A stretch of DNA of 63,805 nt, filler included, from Octopus bimaculoides (lineage: Eukaryota): the NCBI RefSeq assembly GCF_001194135.2. It is 5 parts of 5 records of this genome, joined end to end, with 100 filler letters (N's around TTAATTAATTAA, not from the genome) between each part and the next. Parts side by side here need not be neighbours in the genome. Positions count along the whole stretch, not along the records: positions 1 to 16,312 come from NC_068981.1; 4 more parts are not named here. One strand, given 5' to 3'. The notes below the pieces were generated by a model. It made no database searches. It saw only the letters and a list, made by a program, of their open reading frames with translations, and had not been told where the DNA came from. The position numbers and the translations under genes were made by a program. Every line of letters begins with the position of its first letter. Position 1 is the first letter of the stretch. Shown one piece after another: positions 1 through 14,290 of the stretch.

Positions 1-265
1 ACCAAGGTCATCAGCTGTCGAACGCCGAAGAAGGGAAATTACCCTGAAATCCGGATACGTTCGTGCTGCTGGTCGTGGTGAGAGGGATAACTCCCTTGGC
101 AAACAGGACACAGTCGTGTGTCGATAAGCCAGCTGGAGGAGATGTCCTCCTGGGGCTAAAAGCAACAGTAACATCCACCCCTAGGGGTCAGCCACACTTA
201 AGTGGCAATATACTACACTTTATCGTGCAGTTACTGTTAATACTTCATTTAGAGAATTAACATTG

Positions 266-307
<42 letters not shown>

Positions 308-504
308 CCCAACTATCCTACACACACACATGCATACGCACACACATACACACACACACTCACACACACAGCACACGTGCACACATACACACCACACACA
401 CACACTTACATTTATATATACGTATATATACACACATACACTCACATGACGTAAATGTTATTGCGGTCGAACAGTAACCGAGAAATGCGTGGTTCATTTC
501 CAGT

Positions 505-670
505 AGTAGGTAATCCTATCCATTCTTTCAGTTTCCGTTTACGAAATCCGTCTACAACGCTTTGGTCAGCCCGAGGCTATAGTAGAAAACACTTGACCAA
601 GGTGTCACGTAGTGGGACTGAACCTGAAATCATGTGGTTGGTGAGGAAGCTTCCTACCTCACAGCCACTC
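505..670 (-). mobile_element. tRNA-headed SINE family B (representative copy)
   Basis: Reverse strand ..agcttcct..caaccacatgatttcaggttcagtcccactacgtgacaccttgg..ctactatagcctcggg. Other copies near 6225-6370, 12855-12920, 17070-17195, 54965-55120, 56040-56110(+), 60150-60300. Confidence 0.75.
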
Positions 671-782
671 CTGTGCCTAAAAATATGGAACGCTTCTCGA
701 ATTTGCGTGTTATCTTTGCGTAGGAGCCGTGCTAATCTCTGTATTGTTCCAAATTTAGTATATGTATTGCCGAAGCAATAAA

Positions 783-1260
<478 letters not shown>

Positions 1261-1394
1261 GGCGAAATACATTCGTTAGTTTGAAAAGCAATTGAAACGA
1301 AGTAAATGTATTTCAAAAGAAACATAGCAAAAAATGCTATTGAAGTAGTTACAGCAAAGTTAAATGGCGGGAAATACATTTTTTTCTCTTTTCT

Positions 1395-1605
1395 ACTCTA
1401 GGCACAAGGCCCGAAATTTTGGGGGCGGGAGCCAGTCGATTAGATCGACCCCTGTACACAACTGGTACTTAATTTATCGACCCCAAAAGGTTGAAAGGTA
1501 AAGGCCGGCCTAGTCGGAATTTGAACTCAGAACATAGAAACAGACGAAATACCGCAAAGCATTTTGTCTGGCGTGCTAGCATTTCTACCAGCTCACCGTC
1601 TTAAA
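1395..1605 (-). mobile_element. tRNA-headed SINE family C (representative copy)
   Basis: Head ggcggcgagctggcagaa..ttagcacgcc..gttctgagttcaaattcc with a B-box-like motif. Other copies near 5528-5725(+), 24500-24740, 26770-26990, 42705-42910, 43580-43790, 56240-56520, 56580-56780, 60370-60500. Confidence 0.75.
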
Positions 1606-1866
1606 TGGCAGGAAATACTAAAAGATATTGCTTATTTTATTTTCATGGGTTGCACGTGTGCGACTATATAAATTGATATAAATTTCTACATGCTTGCAGG
1701 CTTTCGTTAGAGAGCATTCACAGCCTTTTGTCCCACCAAAATTAAAAATACTCTCAATAAATTCCCGTAATTATCCACCTTGCTTATAAAAGAAAAAAAA
1801 AAAATCAAACTCTAAAGTTATTAATGTCCTACTGGGGAGAAAAGTGGAGTGATGGAAATATCGATT

Positions 1867-1905
<39 letters not shown>

Positions 1906-2033
1906 CGAACACCGCCATACACTGTTTCTAGTAGATGATATTATACACATCTTTTTAACTGAAATAATAAATAACGAACCTAATATATATTATGTCACCT
2001 TCATACACTTATTCATTATGCTATACATCAAAG

Positions 2034-2076
<43 letters not shown>

Positions 2077-2154
2077 NNNNNNNNNNTATATTGATATAAA
2101 CATACATATATATCCAAACATACATGCACACACAGACACACACACTCACATATA

Positions 2155-2185
<31 letters not shown>

Positions 2186-2278
2186 GTATTATGTATGTAT
2201 GTTTGTGTGCATATGTGTGTTTGTATATAATATATATATAGGATGCATATGTATATATGTATGTGTGCATGTGTGTGT

Positions 2279-2330
<52 letters not shown>

Positions 2331-3830
2331 ACTGTGTGGGGACTTCCCTTAGTTTCATGCGCAGCTAAAACCTAGATACTTACCCAACCACATCGCATCA
2401 TCGACAAATTTTCATTTCTTTCTCTTACAATCCAACTACTTAATTAGAGTTGCATACATACTAACCCATTAATCACTTCTGGCGAAAATATTCAAAACTC
2501 CCATAATTAGATGGAAGAAAACTCGACTCACTCCCACCACAAACAACAAACTCAGCCTTTATGTAATACCTGTGTGTGTGTGTGTGTGTATTAATCAATA
2601 TACCTATATCTTTTCATTCAAAACCAAGCACAACCATGCTTTCTCATTTTCTTTCACTCCGTTTTCTACTTCGTAGCTCATGATACATTTATAAATACGA
2701 ACTATGGCTTAACTTTTATTAATGTTTGACGAAGTTCGTTTTTAGAGGAGCGGATAAGCAAATGGTACATGTATCACATTCGATTTTTGGTAGGAATAAA
2801 TTAATACAGTCGTACATACACACGTCCATATATACATATATATATATATGTGTGTGTATGTGCGTGTGCATATGTGTGTGTGCGTATGTGTGCATGTATA
2901 TATGTATGTGTGTATGTATGTATGTACGTATCTATGTATGTATGCATGCATGTATGTATATATGTATGTATGTATGTATGTATGTACGTATGCATGCATG
3001 TATGTATGTATGCATATGCAAATACATACACACAATATATAGGAAATAACATTTTGAACTTCTTTAGTTGTTGATTTGAATCCCTTCAAGAAATATGTAA
3101 CCTTCGTTTTATTAAAACAAAAAATCCCTGAAGAGATCCTGCCTCATACAGCTTAAAAAATGATAACAAATTTCTAGCATTTGATTTAACTCAAATGCCT
3201 TGAATTATGCATTACCAAGAGGCCAGAATCGAAACATATGTAGGTTTTTGAGTTTTCTATTGTGTTCTTTTTTTAAAATTTATTTGTATTTGAATCTTAA
3301 CAACAAGCTATGATACAAATAAATTAACTATACATCTTCAACTCTCCATTTTCTTACCTTATTAATTTTACCAGTATATATATATATATATATATATATA
3401 TNNNNNNNNNNNNNNNNNNNNNNNNNNNNNNNNNNNNNNNNNNNNNNNNNNNNNNNNNNNNNNNNNNNNNNNNNNNNNNNNNNNNNNNNNNNNNNNNNNN
3501 NNNNNNNNNNNNNNNNNNNNNNNNNNNNNNNNNNNNNNNNNNNNNNNNNNNNNNNNNNNNNNNNNNNNNNNNNNNNNNNNNNNNNNNNNNNNNNNNNNNN
3601 NNNNNNNNNNNNNNNNTATATATATATAATTCAAATAAACAAACAATTAAAAAGCAGAGAAAAAGAAAAAAATGAACATGAGGATGTGCACAAGAAATAT
3701 ATTAATTTGACGCTTGACAGAAGGAGAGTTGTTTACATCTCGAGCATAACTCTTCGTCAGAAAGAGGCAAGTCCAAAGAGAAAGAAGGGAAAAATCGCCA
3801 ACAGTCCACCCGCGGTTATGTGTGTGTGTA

Positions 3831-3873
<43 letters not shown>

Positions 3874-4039
3874 ATGTGTATGTCTTTATGTGTGTGTGTG
3901 TATATGTAAATATATTTTTTTTAGCTCTTTTATGCATTTCAGCCCAATGCAGGAGGTCAAGTTGTTTCTTGAAAACATGCACCCCACTCCATGTAGATCT
4001 CTCAGGCTTTTTAGTAAGATATTATAAAGCTGTGGTCCT

Positions 4040-4890
4040 TTGAATCCCAAGTTATTTCAGTACCTGGATCGCACTGTGGAGGGACTGCTATAACTTCCGA
4101 TATCAAAGTTTGGTGCCAACCCCTCTAGGATCTTCCGGATGTATATCAATGCGTATCTCTTCTCTCTTCGCTCCATGGAGTAGAGTCGTAAGTCTTTCAG
4201 TCTCTCCCAGTAGTTCAGCTGTTCTATTGATGCAATCTTCCTGATGTAGCACCACTTAACTGCCTCAAGTTCCGCTATTAATTTGATACTGTGGGGTGAC
4301 GACAGTTGAAAGCAGTAGTCCAGACGGCTGACAGAAGTCCTCCATAGAACCAACATAGCTTCCTATTGTCTTCTTCAGAAAGTTCGCAGAATACATTCAG
4401 CCATTCGCCTGCACATTGCCACCATTCTGATGAGATGTACATGAAGCGAAGCATTGCTGTTCATATCAAACCCTTGGTCATGCACAGTGTTTGACTCAGT
4501 GATTACAGTTCATTTTTGTCCAAAGTATCTTTGTTGCTACATGTTATCTCAAGCTGGCTGATAACGGAGGATTTGTAATTTTCTTGCATTAAATTGCATG
4601 TTGTTTTCTCCAGTCCAGCTCTATATGGTATTTAGGTCTTTCTCTAGAAGATTTGCAATGGAAGGTTCCTCGACTGCTTGTACAACTTTTGTATCGTTGG
4701 CATAGCTAGTAAGTGTGGCTGTCTATGTAACTGATGGCATGGTCTGAAAGAGTTAACGTAAAAAGCAGCGGTTCCAAAACAGTTCCCTGAGGCACTCTAC
4801 TCGCTATTACTTTCTTTTGGGAGAGGATCCAGTTGGTTGTTACATCCTAGCTCCTGTCTTTTAAGAAGTCGTGTAACCATTCTCCCAGTT
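4040..4890 (-). mobile_element. CR1/L2-like LINE ORF2 3' remnant
   Basis: ORF 4057-4356 YWERLKDLRLYSMERREKRYALIYIRKILEGLAPNF, plus upstream degenerate GTAAFYVNS (4740-4790). Same family as 18790-20295. Confidence 0.75.
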
Positions 4891-4920
4891 TCCCAAGTAT
4901 ATATGAATAGATAGTTAAAT

Positions 4921-4954
<34 letters not shown>

Positions 4955-5187
4955 GTATTTACATTTTGCTAGCCTTCGGACAGTCCGACGTAAGACTGCA
5001 GGCCGAAACAGCGAAGTCATTGTCAATACTCTTCTTGCAAAAGTATAATAAATACATACTCTACAAAAAGTATTAGTTCTTCAGATTAATGTTAGATTGT
5101 TTTTATTATATGCCGACATAAAGCAACTCTTAATACGTGCGCATGCGCGCACACACGTACACACACGCACGCACACATACACACACG

Positions 5188-5251
<64 letters not shown>

Positions 5252-8200
5252 GTCTGATGTTTATTTTAAGTTCTTAGCAGAATTCAAAGCAGTCACTAAC
5301 AAAGTGACAAATCTCTTTTGCTTGAGTCAAGGCATTTACAGGGATTTATGTGTATGCGAGTGAGTTGGTATGCGCATATACCATAGGCGCATCTGTGAAT
5401 ATACCTATACTCTTGGAGCGAATGCGTATATCTCTTTTATTACACAGTCTTATGTGCTTCATGTTTTTATGTGTGTCTCTGTACCATATGCTTGTGCTTA
5501 TACATATCCTTATGAATACAATGAATAAAGGCGGGGTGCTGGCAGAGTCGTTAGCACGCCGGGCAAAATGCTTAGCGACATTTCGTTCGTCTTCACGTTC
5601 TGAGTTCAAATTCCGCAGAGGTCAGATTTGACTTTCATTCTTTTGGGGTCGATAAAATAAGTACCAGTTGTAATCGACATATCCACTCCCCCGAAATTGC
5701 TGGCCTTGTGACAAAATTTGAAATCACTATAATGAATGAATATTTTATCTTTTACTTATTCCAGTCATTATACTGCGGCCATGCTGGGGCACCGCCTTGA
5801 AGATTTTATTCGAATGAATCAACCCCGTACTTTTTTCTTCTTCTTTTGAAACCAGGTACTTATTCTATCGGTCTCTTATGCCGAACTGCTATGTTACGGG
5901 ACGAAAACGCGTCGCATGTGTCTGTGTTTGTCATTCACCATTGCTTAACAACTGGTGCTGGGGTGTTTACGTATAGTAACATAACGGTTCGGCATAAGAG
6001 ACCGATAGGAAAGTACCAGATTTTAAAAAAGGAGAAAAAGAAAAAAAAGTACTGGGGTTGATTCATTCGTATAGACTGATTCAAGGTGATGCCCCAGTAT
6101 GGCCGCAGTCTAATAACAGTAATAAGTAAAACGATAAAATATTGATTCATTATATTCAACGGTTGTTAAGCGATGATGAATGACAAACACAGACACAAAC
6201 ACATATATATGTAATAAATATATACATGACGGGCTTCTTTCAGTTTCCGTCCACCAAATCCCCTCACAAAACATTGATCGGCCTGAGGCTATACTAGAAG
6301 ACACTTGCCCAAGGTGCCTGGCACTATGTGGTTGGGAAGCAAGCTTCATGCCATACAGTCACGACTGCGCCTATTTGTCTATATAACACACGCACCCACA
6401 AACACACGCACACACACACACACATACACACGCATATATATGCATATGTGTTTGTATACTATATACGTATGCATGTTTGTCAGTATACCATATGAATACG
6501 CAATTGTGTACGTAAGTTCATTGTAAGAAACTGATATGGAGAATCCCCCTTTTTTGTCTTTTTTTAGGTAATAGGATATAATTTGAGGGAGATTTAGCTG
6601 CTATGTAGTAGGTTGAATAAATGTGTACAGACTCTTATTGATCTGTGTTGAAAGTAAAAATAACCAGAGATACTTTGCACACTCGACTGGTTGAAACTGC
6701 AGCTTGTGGGAGTTTCTTCCATACATTAGATAATATCTTAGGGATGCTTTCTGCACGAAGTATATGTAGTTAAGTGCCAGCTAATCACTCATGTGTAGCT
6801 TTTAACACTCGCTGACACATGTGTAGTTATGTGCCAGCAAGTGTTAAAGGTTTCAATTTAATGTGTGAGTCTTGGCATCAGGCTTCGAGAGGGATGCTTA
6901 CAGATATGAAAGTGTAAGTATTTATATATCAATGCATTTACATATTGCGGTAGCAGCGGAGTTCTGAATTCCCATCAGCTATAGCGTATATGGATTATTT
7001 TAGAAATACTGTTATTGCAGCAACTTGTTTGCTGTGATGTAAGCTGTTAATGACGAAATTTTTAGCAACCTCTTTCTGCTCCGTCAACTTTGATTATCTT
7101 GTTTTTATCTTAGACTGGAGTGAATAGGCTGAGCTTGCCTATGTGAAGCATTCATCTTGGATCGACAGACATATCCAATTACGCTCCAGGCCTCCGTGAA
7201 GCTTTTTAAACACACAGCGGAGATATGCTCTGTCTATATTAATTCGATAACTATGGTTTCATCCAGAATATGAGGCAGATTTTTCACTGAATTATTGCAA
7301 TTCTCTAAAGAGAAATTCAAGATTTATAGGACTTTATTTCCTTTATTATGCTGTTGTTTTTCATCCTGGTGGCTCAAATGTAACTTTTCAGTCATCCACT
7401 CAAACCGTCATCAAGTTTCAAGTAGCTTCTGTAAAGTCAACCCTACTTTGTGACCGTACAAATGTAAACAGCTTTTTAAAGGTGTTAGAAAGCTTAGAAC
7501 AGACACAGCCTAAGTATTAAGCCTTGCTGGATCGATGTTTTTAATGAATCATCCGTATTGGTATTAAAGAGTGACCTTCATAGATTTTTCGCTATGCTCT
7601 CATCTTAGCAACTTTCCAAGTGGCCGTTAGAATTTCAGCTCGACGCAAAATCTATTATGTCTGATCATATCAAAAAGCTAATCTACTGTTTATAACCATA
7701 ACATCTCGCCCATGTCCAAGTAATTGTTCTACGTAAAGAATAGTTTAGTGAGAAGTTCTACTTTGCCGTGATGTGATAGGAAGCCATATCGAAAGAGTTG
7801 TCTATTGGCTAAGTTCCATTAACTTATTGAAAACTTTTATCGAATTGCTTTTCTCTTTTTTTCCCGTAGGGCTTCGTCCGTCGGGTATTTTCCCCGAATC
7901 AGCATACATACATTACATACATGCATACATAAATGCATACATACATAAATGCATACATACATACATATATACATACATACATGCATGCATGCATACATAC
8001 ATGCATGCATGCATATATACATACATACATACATAAATGCATGCATGCATACATACATGCACACAAACATACCTATACACATATATGTATACATACGTAC
8101 GAACGTACTTACAGGCATACATACATGTATACATACGTACACATATACGTACGAATGTACCTACATGCATACATATATACATATTACATACGTACGAACG

Positions 8201-9971
8201 TACATACATGCATACATATACATACATACATACATACATACATACATACATACATACACAATGCTGTCTACAAGGCTCCCGGAAAATCTATGCTAAACAC
8301 TTTAGTGTACCAAACGCATTCAGAGAGACTCTCACAGAAGTAAAAGCTTCATGTAACAACGCACCGGGTGCATATGTTTGTATGTATTTATAGATAGAGA
8401 TAGATGGAGAGAAAGTGAGAGACAGAGAGAGAGAGACAGAGAGATCGAAAATCGACAAACAAGAAAAGAAAGAGAGTGAAAAAGAGTGAGGGGCGGAGGG
8501 AGAGTAATATAGGTTCATGCTTTGGGTACTAATCAATCAGTTCCATCTGGAATATGACCCCCAACCTATAACCCTATAACAATACTTGAACACTTTGGTT
8601 TATTTTCTCCTACCAACCAAGTAACCAACTGAAAAGTGTAATAACTGATATTTTGATCACAGCATGTCGTGACAACTGCACGTATATTACCATACGCATC
8701 TTCTTTCATCTTCTTTGCCTTTTCTTTTCTTTTTCACCTTTATATATTTATACATTTTTTGTCTTATTTTTGTTTTGCAATTTCAACGCCTCCACGCATC
8801 TACAAAGTACTCTACCTTTTTTTTTTTTTTTTTTTTTTTACCTTATCTTATTCACATTATTCAAATATAATATTTTCCTAATAACTACTTCCTGAAAAGA
8901 TGCTGTCAGCTTTCTGAATCGGTCTGTCTATTGATCAAAGGTTTTATAAACTCAATCATATTTATTTTTGGTATTCTTTTACTCACTTGTTTTCCTTCAC
9001 TCTCTCTTTTCTTTTTTTCTTTTTTTCTGTTAAATTTTATTCCTTAGTAACACAAGATATTCTCTCGATGATTTTCATAGAAAAGACTTGACTTTTGCTA
9101 CAAGGCCAAAATAATTCTACTGTAGACCGACTAAAAAAACGTTTGAAAGCCTTTCAAAGCTGTTCAGAGTTGTTCAAAGTTGTTCAAAGAGACGTCACAT
9201 TGCCGAACGCTGTCGAGACGTTCGGTATATTACCGTTTACTAATTTGGTTCGCTTCGATCTGTCTGAATATCAGAGTTCTTATTACTAGATTCTTATACA
9301 TTACAGCGGCATGACGTCTTATAGATCTCGATAATTGTGACAAAATCGATATTTGATATTTGAATATACAAGTAGGTCAGCACACGTACATATACACACG
9401 CGCGTACGTGTACATACGTACGTACAAACCTACATACAAACGCGCATACATATATACATACATACATACATGCATACATACATGCATACACATATACATG
9501 CATATATACATGCGTGTATACTTGCATGTATGCATACATGCATACATACATATAAATGAACACAAACACACACACCGAGATACTATATATAACCATATGC
9601 ATAAAATATACATACCTTCATGCATAGAAATAGGGTTAAATAAGGGGGGGCTGTATGTACGTGCGTGTGTGTGTGTATAATTATGTATATATATATGTAT
9701 ATATATTTACAAAAAAGAAGTTTGAAATCGCCACTATATAGGATAAATTTTAATTTTCTCAGAGATATTATGCATGTTTCGGTTCTTCTTAAATAAACGA
9801 ACCTTATCAAAAATATATAATTTTAAAAGTGTAATAGAAGAAAAGTTCATAATTATTTCTTACTAGTGTCAACAGAGTCCACGTGGAAGCGTTTTATGTG
9901 TGGGAACATAATGACTGTCTTGTGCGTTAACTAGAATCGTTGGCTAACGATTCTCGTCATGTATGCATGCA

Positions 9972-10005
<34 letters not shown>

Positions 10006-10020
10006 CATACATACATACAT

Positions 10021-10615
10021 AACCGATGCAGACTTTGTGGAGTTGACACCGAAGATATCAGCCTCATCATAAACACTTGTCCGAAAATGTCATCACGGTA
10101 TATCTACCAATGAGATATATTGTAGATAGGATACTGTATAATGAAATTCGTCGGAAGGATAACCCCAAGGCCAAAGAAATAAGAACCTACAATATGGTAG
10201 AAGCCATAGCCACTCATAATAAAAAGGAGATTTGGTGGAATGTCCCAGTGAAGACCTCAGTAAAATGTAAACACAGCAGATCTGATATAATGATTTGGGA
10301 TAGAGAAGAGAAACTGTGTACAATTGTGGAAATTAGCTGCCCAGTGGATGTTAACATAAAGCTGAAGATCAGTGAAAAATAAAATACATACGCTGAACTA
10401 TTGAGATCTACAGTTACTCTACTCAGATTACAAATTCAGGTTTATACCTGTAATTATTGGGACCCTGGGATATATAACACATTACATAATCACCAATCTT
10501 GAGAAATAAGATTTCTCAAAACCAGAAAGGAGAAAGCTGATTCGAAGACTACAGATCCAAACCATTAGTGGAACTATAAAAATCTGTAAAACTTTCCAGA
10601 AATTTATCATTTAAA
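10021..10615 (+). mobile_element. R4/Dong-like non-LTR retrotransposon 3' remnant (restriction-like endonuclease domain)
   Basis: CRLCGVDTED zinc-knuckle start, then WWNVPVKTSVKCKHSRSDIMIWDREEKLCTIVEISCP (PD..ExxC-type motif), then a degenerate RFIPVIIG(T)LGY. Confidence 0.8.
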
Positions 10616-11949
10616 TATATATGAGCATGTCTAGACATGCAGTTATATGCATGAAAATACAGATATAAAGCAAAACATAGAAATCTACACATATACAAAC
10701 ATACATACATACATACATACATACATACGTACATACATACAAAAATACCCTGTTGAAGTTGAAATTCCAATGAATGAGCCTTGGATCTAGGTTTAAAACC
10801 GACTCTTTCTCTATTGGCATGAAATCTTGAAATAAAACTAAACTACATACATACAATTCAATAATTAATTAGGGATATAATGTAATAAGATTCTCCTCAA
10901 TTTTAGTACAAGTCTAGCAATTTTTAGTGGAACGGTAAGTCGATTAAGTCGATCCCAGACCTCCAAGTATTACCATATTTTGTGGCATATAAGACACGCT
11001 TTTTTTTTTCAAAATTTGACCCTCAAAATCACTGAACATTTTGCATGGTGTATGTCAGGTTTGAGGCCCAGCTTTGGACCTTGGTATCCCCCTTGTTTAA
11101 CAATACGAACAACTCAACTTCCAAATGAATATAATGGTATACCACGCTGTACACGATGTACATACACCTTGTACATACTACATGTACTCATTGCAGGAAC
11201 TGAACGAGGATGACAGCAATCATGGCTTTTTACAATTTTAAAGTTTTAAAGATTATGGGGTCAAAAATTACTAATGAGATTATTGTATCTTAATATTTTG
11301 GTTATGTGCTGGCAGGTTTTGATAAGTTTTCTTTTTACAAATAAAGTGGCAATGGTAAAGAATGTTAATATAAAAAAATAAAAATATAACAAACACTGAT
11401 AAAAGATGTTCGATAAATATAAGTGTAAAAAAACAAAAACAAAAATGAACCGTGTAGATGAGGCTATGGTCATAGCATTACCTGGCATTCACTGCAAACG
11501 CTTGCAGTAGAAACACAACCAGAAAAGTTTTTCTTTTTTCAAATAGTTGCAATAATGAAGAATGTTAACAATATAAAAATAAATAATGATAAAAAATTAT
11601 TAAAGTGGTACAGTAAATATCAGAAAATAAAGTAATGAACAATGAAGCTGAGGTCATGACCATATCAGAGTCGAGACATTGGCAAACAATAAACGTATGG
11701 CTTACAATCAAAACATTCAAAACAATTCGCTGTTGCATCCCTGGCACTCTTACCAGTACTATTGTACAGGTACTGTAATCTGTGTTCACTGAATGTACTG
11801 GTATTTCCAAGATGTGGTACACTGACAACCTTAAAAATAAGGTTTAGTGGCAGACATGGACTGAACTCAGTCTCAAGCTAGCGATGAAGCAGGCTCTACA
11901 AAATTCCCCTTACCCCAATTTTATTCGTCTTCATTGAGGGTATGGCCAA

Positions 11950-12700
11950 AAAATGTGTGCCAAAGACGCTGTCACACCCCAGAATCAACTATATCTCATC
12001 TATCGATGTGCAGATGAAAATAATAGGAAATTCAACGCAGCGAAATTTCAGGTTCTTCATTACGAAGTTGATACGCACAATACAAATTATTCACAATGCA
12101 AAATTATTCAACACCTGAAAACGATTAGAAGCTCAGATAAAATACAGGATTATGAATAATCATGCTAAATGATACCTCTTTAATCGGATACATCACCAAC
12201 TTGAACTCTAAATGCAAACATCTCAGCGGATGGATCCTGAAAACTCTCATAACACGAGAACCAGTTGTCATCTGACTGTAGGGAAAAAAGCTAAGTCTTG
12301 AGTAGACTTCATTACTGCTTACAACTTCGGTCTCCACAACACCCGATCTCGGAAAAGAAATTCAAAGATTACAAAGAATGTTACAAGAACTTACATTATA
12401 GAAACGTCTCATAACTCTACGTCTCTATTTCCTTGAAAAACGCAGAGAAAGATGAGTAGTTAGTTACGTACGGAAGATTCTGGAAGGTCATTTTGCAAAC
12501 TTCGGCTCTAAATTTAGCGATGTAACACCATTGGATGTGCCAACTTTACATATTAAACACATTCCTATTTAAGCAATGTGTTCGTGGATGGTGAATGGTT
12601 TGGATGTGGTGCTGAAGAAGGAGCAATAATTCCGGAAATATGCACATATACCCATTACCTATTTTTCTGTTATCGATCACATTGTTTATATAGACGTATT
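11950..12700 (+). mobile_element. Highly degraded CR1/L2-like LINE ORF2 fragment
   Basis: ENNRKFNAAKFQVLHY and WILKTLITREP motifs, homologous to LNAGKFHILRY and WILRTFETR in the 19.3-19.6 kb copy. Confidence 0.65.
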
Positions 12701-12789
12701 CGTATATGAAACGTCGTAAATTTTAGTGCTGGCTCTATTTTCTCCTGAAAATCAGTAGAGATAACTTTTAAAAGCGATACGCGCGCACG

Positions 12790-12840
<51 letters not shown>

Positions 12841-13001
12841 TAATACATGTATATATGCAATAGGACTGAACCCGGAATCATGTGGTTGGGAAACAAGCTT
12901 TTTACCACACAGCCACGTTGCACCTATATGTATTGATTAATCGCTGACCAAACACCAATCAATTTTTTTTCTCCGTGTTTTTCTCTTTGTTTTCTCCGTA
13001 T

Positions 13002-13038
13002 TCTTTCTGTTGAAGAGCGTAGCTCGAAACGTTAAAGA
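13002..13038 (+). ncRNA. Hammerhead-like motif, family B
   Basis: TCTTT-CTGTTGA-A-GAGC(gta)GCTC-GAAA-CGTT-AAAGA. Host repeat spans about 12945-13135. Confidence 0.55.
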
Positions 13039-13128
13039 CTTTCTGCATTCCCGAGCGTCAAACTAATACATCCTTTTGTTGTTTACACCACCTGTCCTCG
13101 TCTGTTGTTTTTTTTTTCGTACATTCTC

Positions 13129-13205
<77 letters not shown>

Positions 13206-13681
13206 ATACACACATACACGCACACACACATACGCACACACATACATACAGACGTACGTACATACATATCCATAGATATACACATAAATCAAATTTAAAA
13301 TTTTGATCAGTTGACATTATCCAAGAAATTTCCACACAAGGCCTTTGAAACGATAAATATTTAAATGAGTTGATCGAAAGTGTTAGACATTGGAACGATT
13401 CAGTTTGCTGTCGTAAAAAAAGAAAAAAAACTGCTAATATTTCTGTATTACTGCACTTTTTCAAAGGAATATATTCTTCTCAGTTGGCATGGATGAGAGT
13501 ACTACTCAGACATAATGGGAATTTAGTGACGATATTATGATTAAAAATATAAAAATATATGTTATTGATAATATTACGGAGAACTAAATGAGGATATGAC
13601 AGACTCTCACATATCTAATACAGAGATTTATTTTCTTTTTTTAAAAGTGGTGGGCGAGCGGCTGAAATTCGATTTACTTAC

Positions 13682-13721
<40 letters not shown>

Positions 13722-14186
13722 NNNNNNNNNNNNNNNNNNNNNNNNNNNNNNNNNNNNNNNNNNNNNNNNNNNNNNNNNNNNNNNNNNNNNNNNNNNNNNN
13801 NNNNNNNNNNNNNNNNNNNNNNNNNNNNNNNNNNNNNNNNNNNNNNNNNNNNNNNNNNNNNNNNNNNNNNNNNNNNNNNNNNNNNNNNNNNNNNNNNNNN
13901 NNNNNNNNNNNNNNNNNNNNNNNNNNNNNNNNNNNNNNNNNNNNNNNNNNNNNNNNNNNNNNNNNNNNNNNNNNNNNNNNNNNNNNNNNNNNNNNNNNNN
14001 NNNNNNNNNNNNNNNNNNNNNNNNNNNNNNNNNNNNNNNNNNNNNNNNNNNNNNNNNNNNNNNNNNNNNNNNNNNNNNNNNNNNNNNNNNNNNNNNNNNN
14101 NNNNNNNNNNNNNNNNNNNNNNNNNNNNNNNNNNNNNNNNNNNNNNNNNNNNNNNNNNNNNNNNNNNNNNNNNNNNNNNNNNNNNN

Positions 14187-14233
<47 letters not shown>

Positions 14234-14290
14234 GATAATAATAATAATGATAATAATAATAATAATAATAATAATAATAGTAATAATAAT

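Noticed and set aside
1-260. GC-richer stretch with a 65-aa ORF
   Set aside because: No recognisable domain; it looks like the tail of a repeat truncated by the window edge.
11040-11830. Minus-strand peptides faintly resembling the missing OATP C-terminus (SVPAMST..QRG..*VVRIVKQGGYQGP; DATANCFECFDCK)
   Set aside because: Multiple stops and shifts, no consistent splice sites, and the Cys pattern fits a piggyBac-like CRD equally well. A Tc2/pogo-like terminus (taccatattttgtggcatataagacac, about 10971-11000) is adjacent. A TE relic or chance match is more likely.
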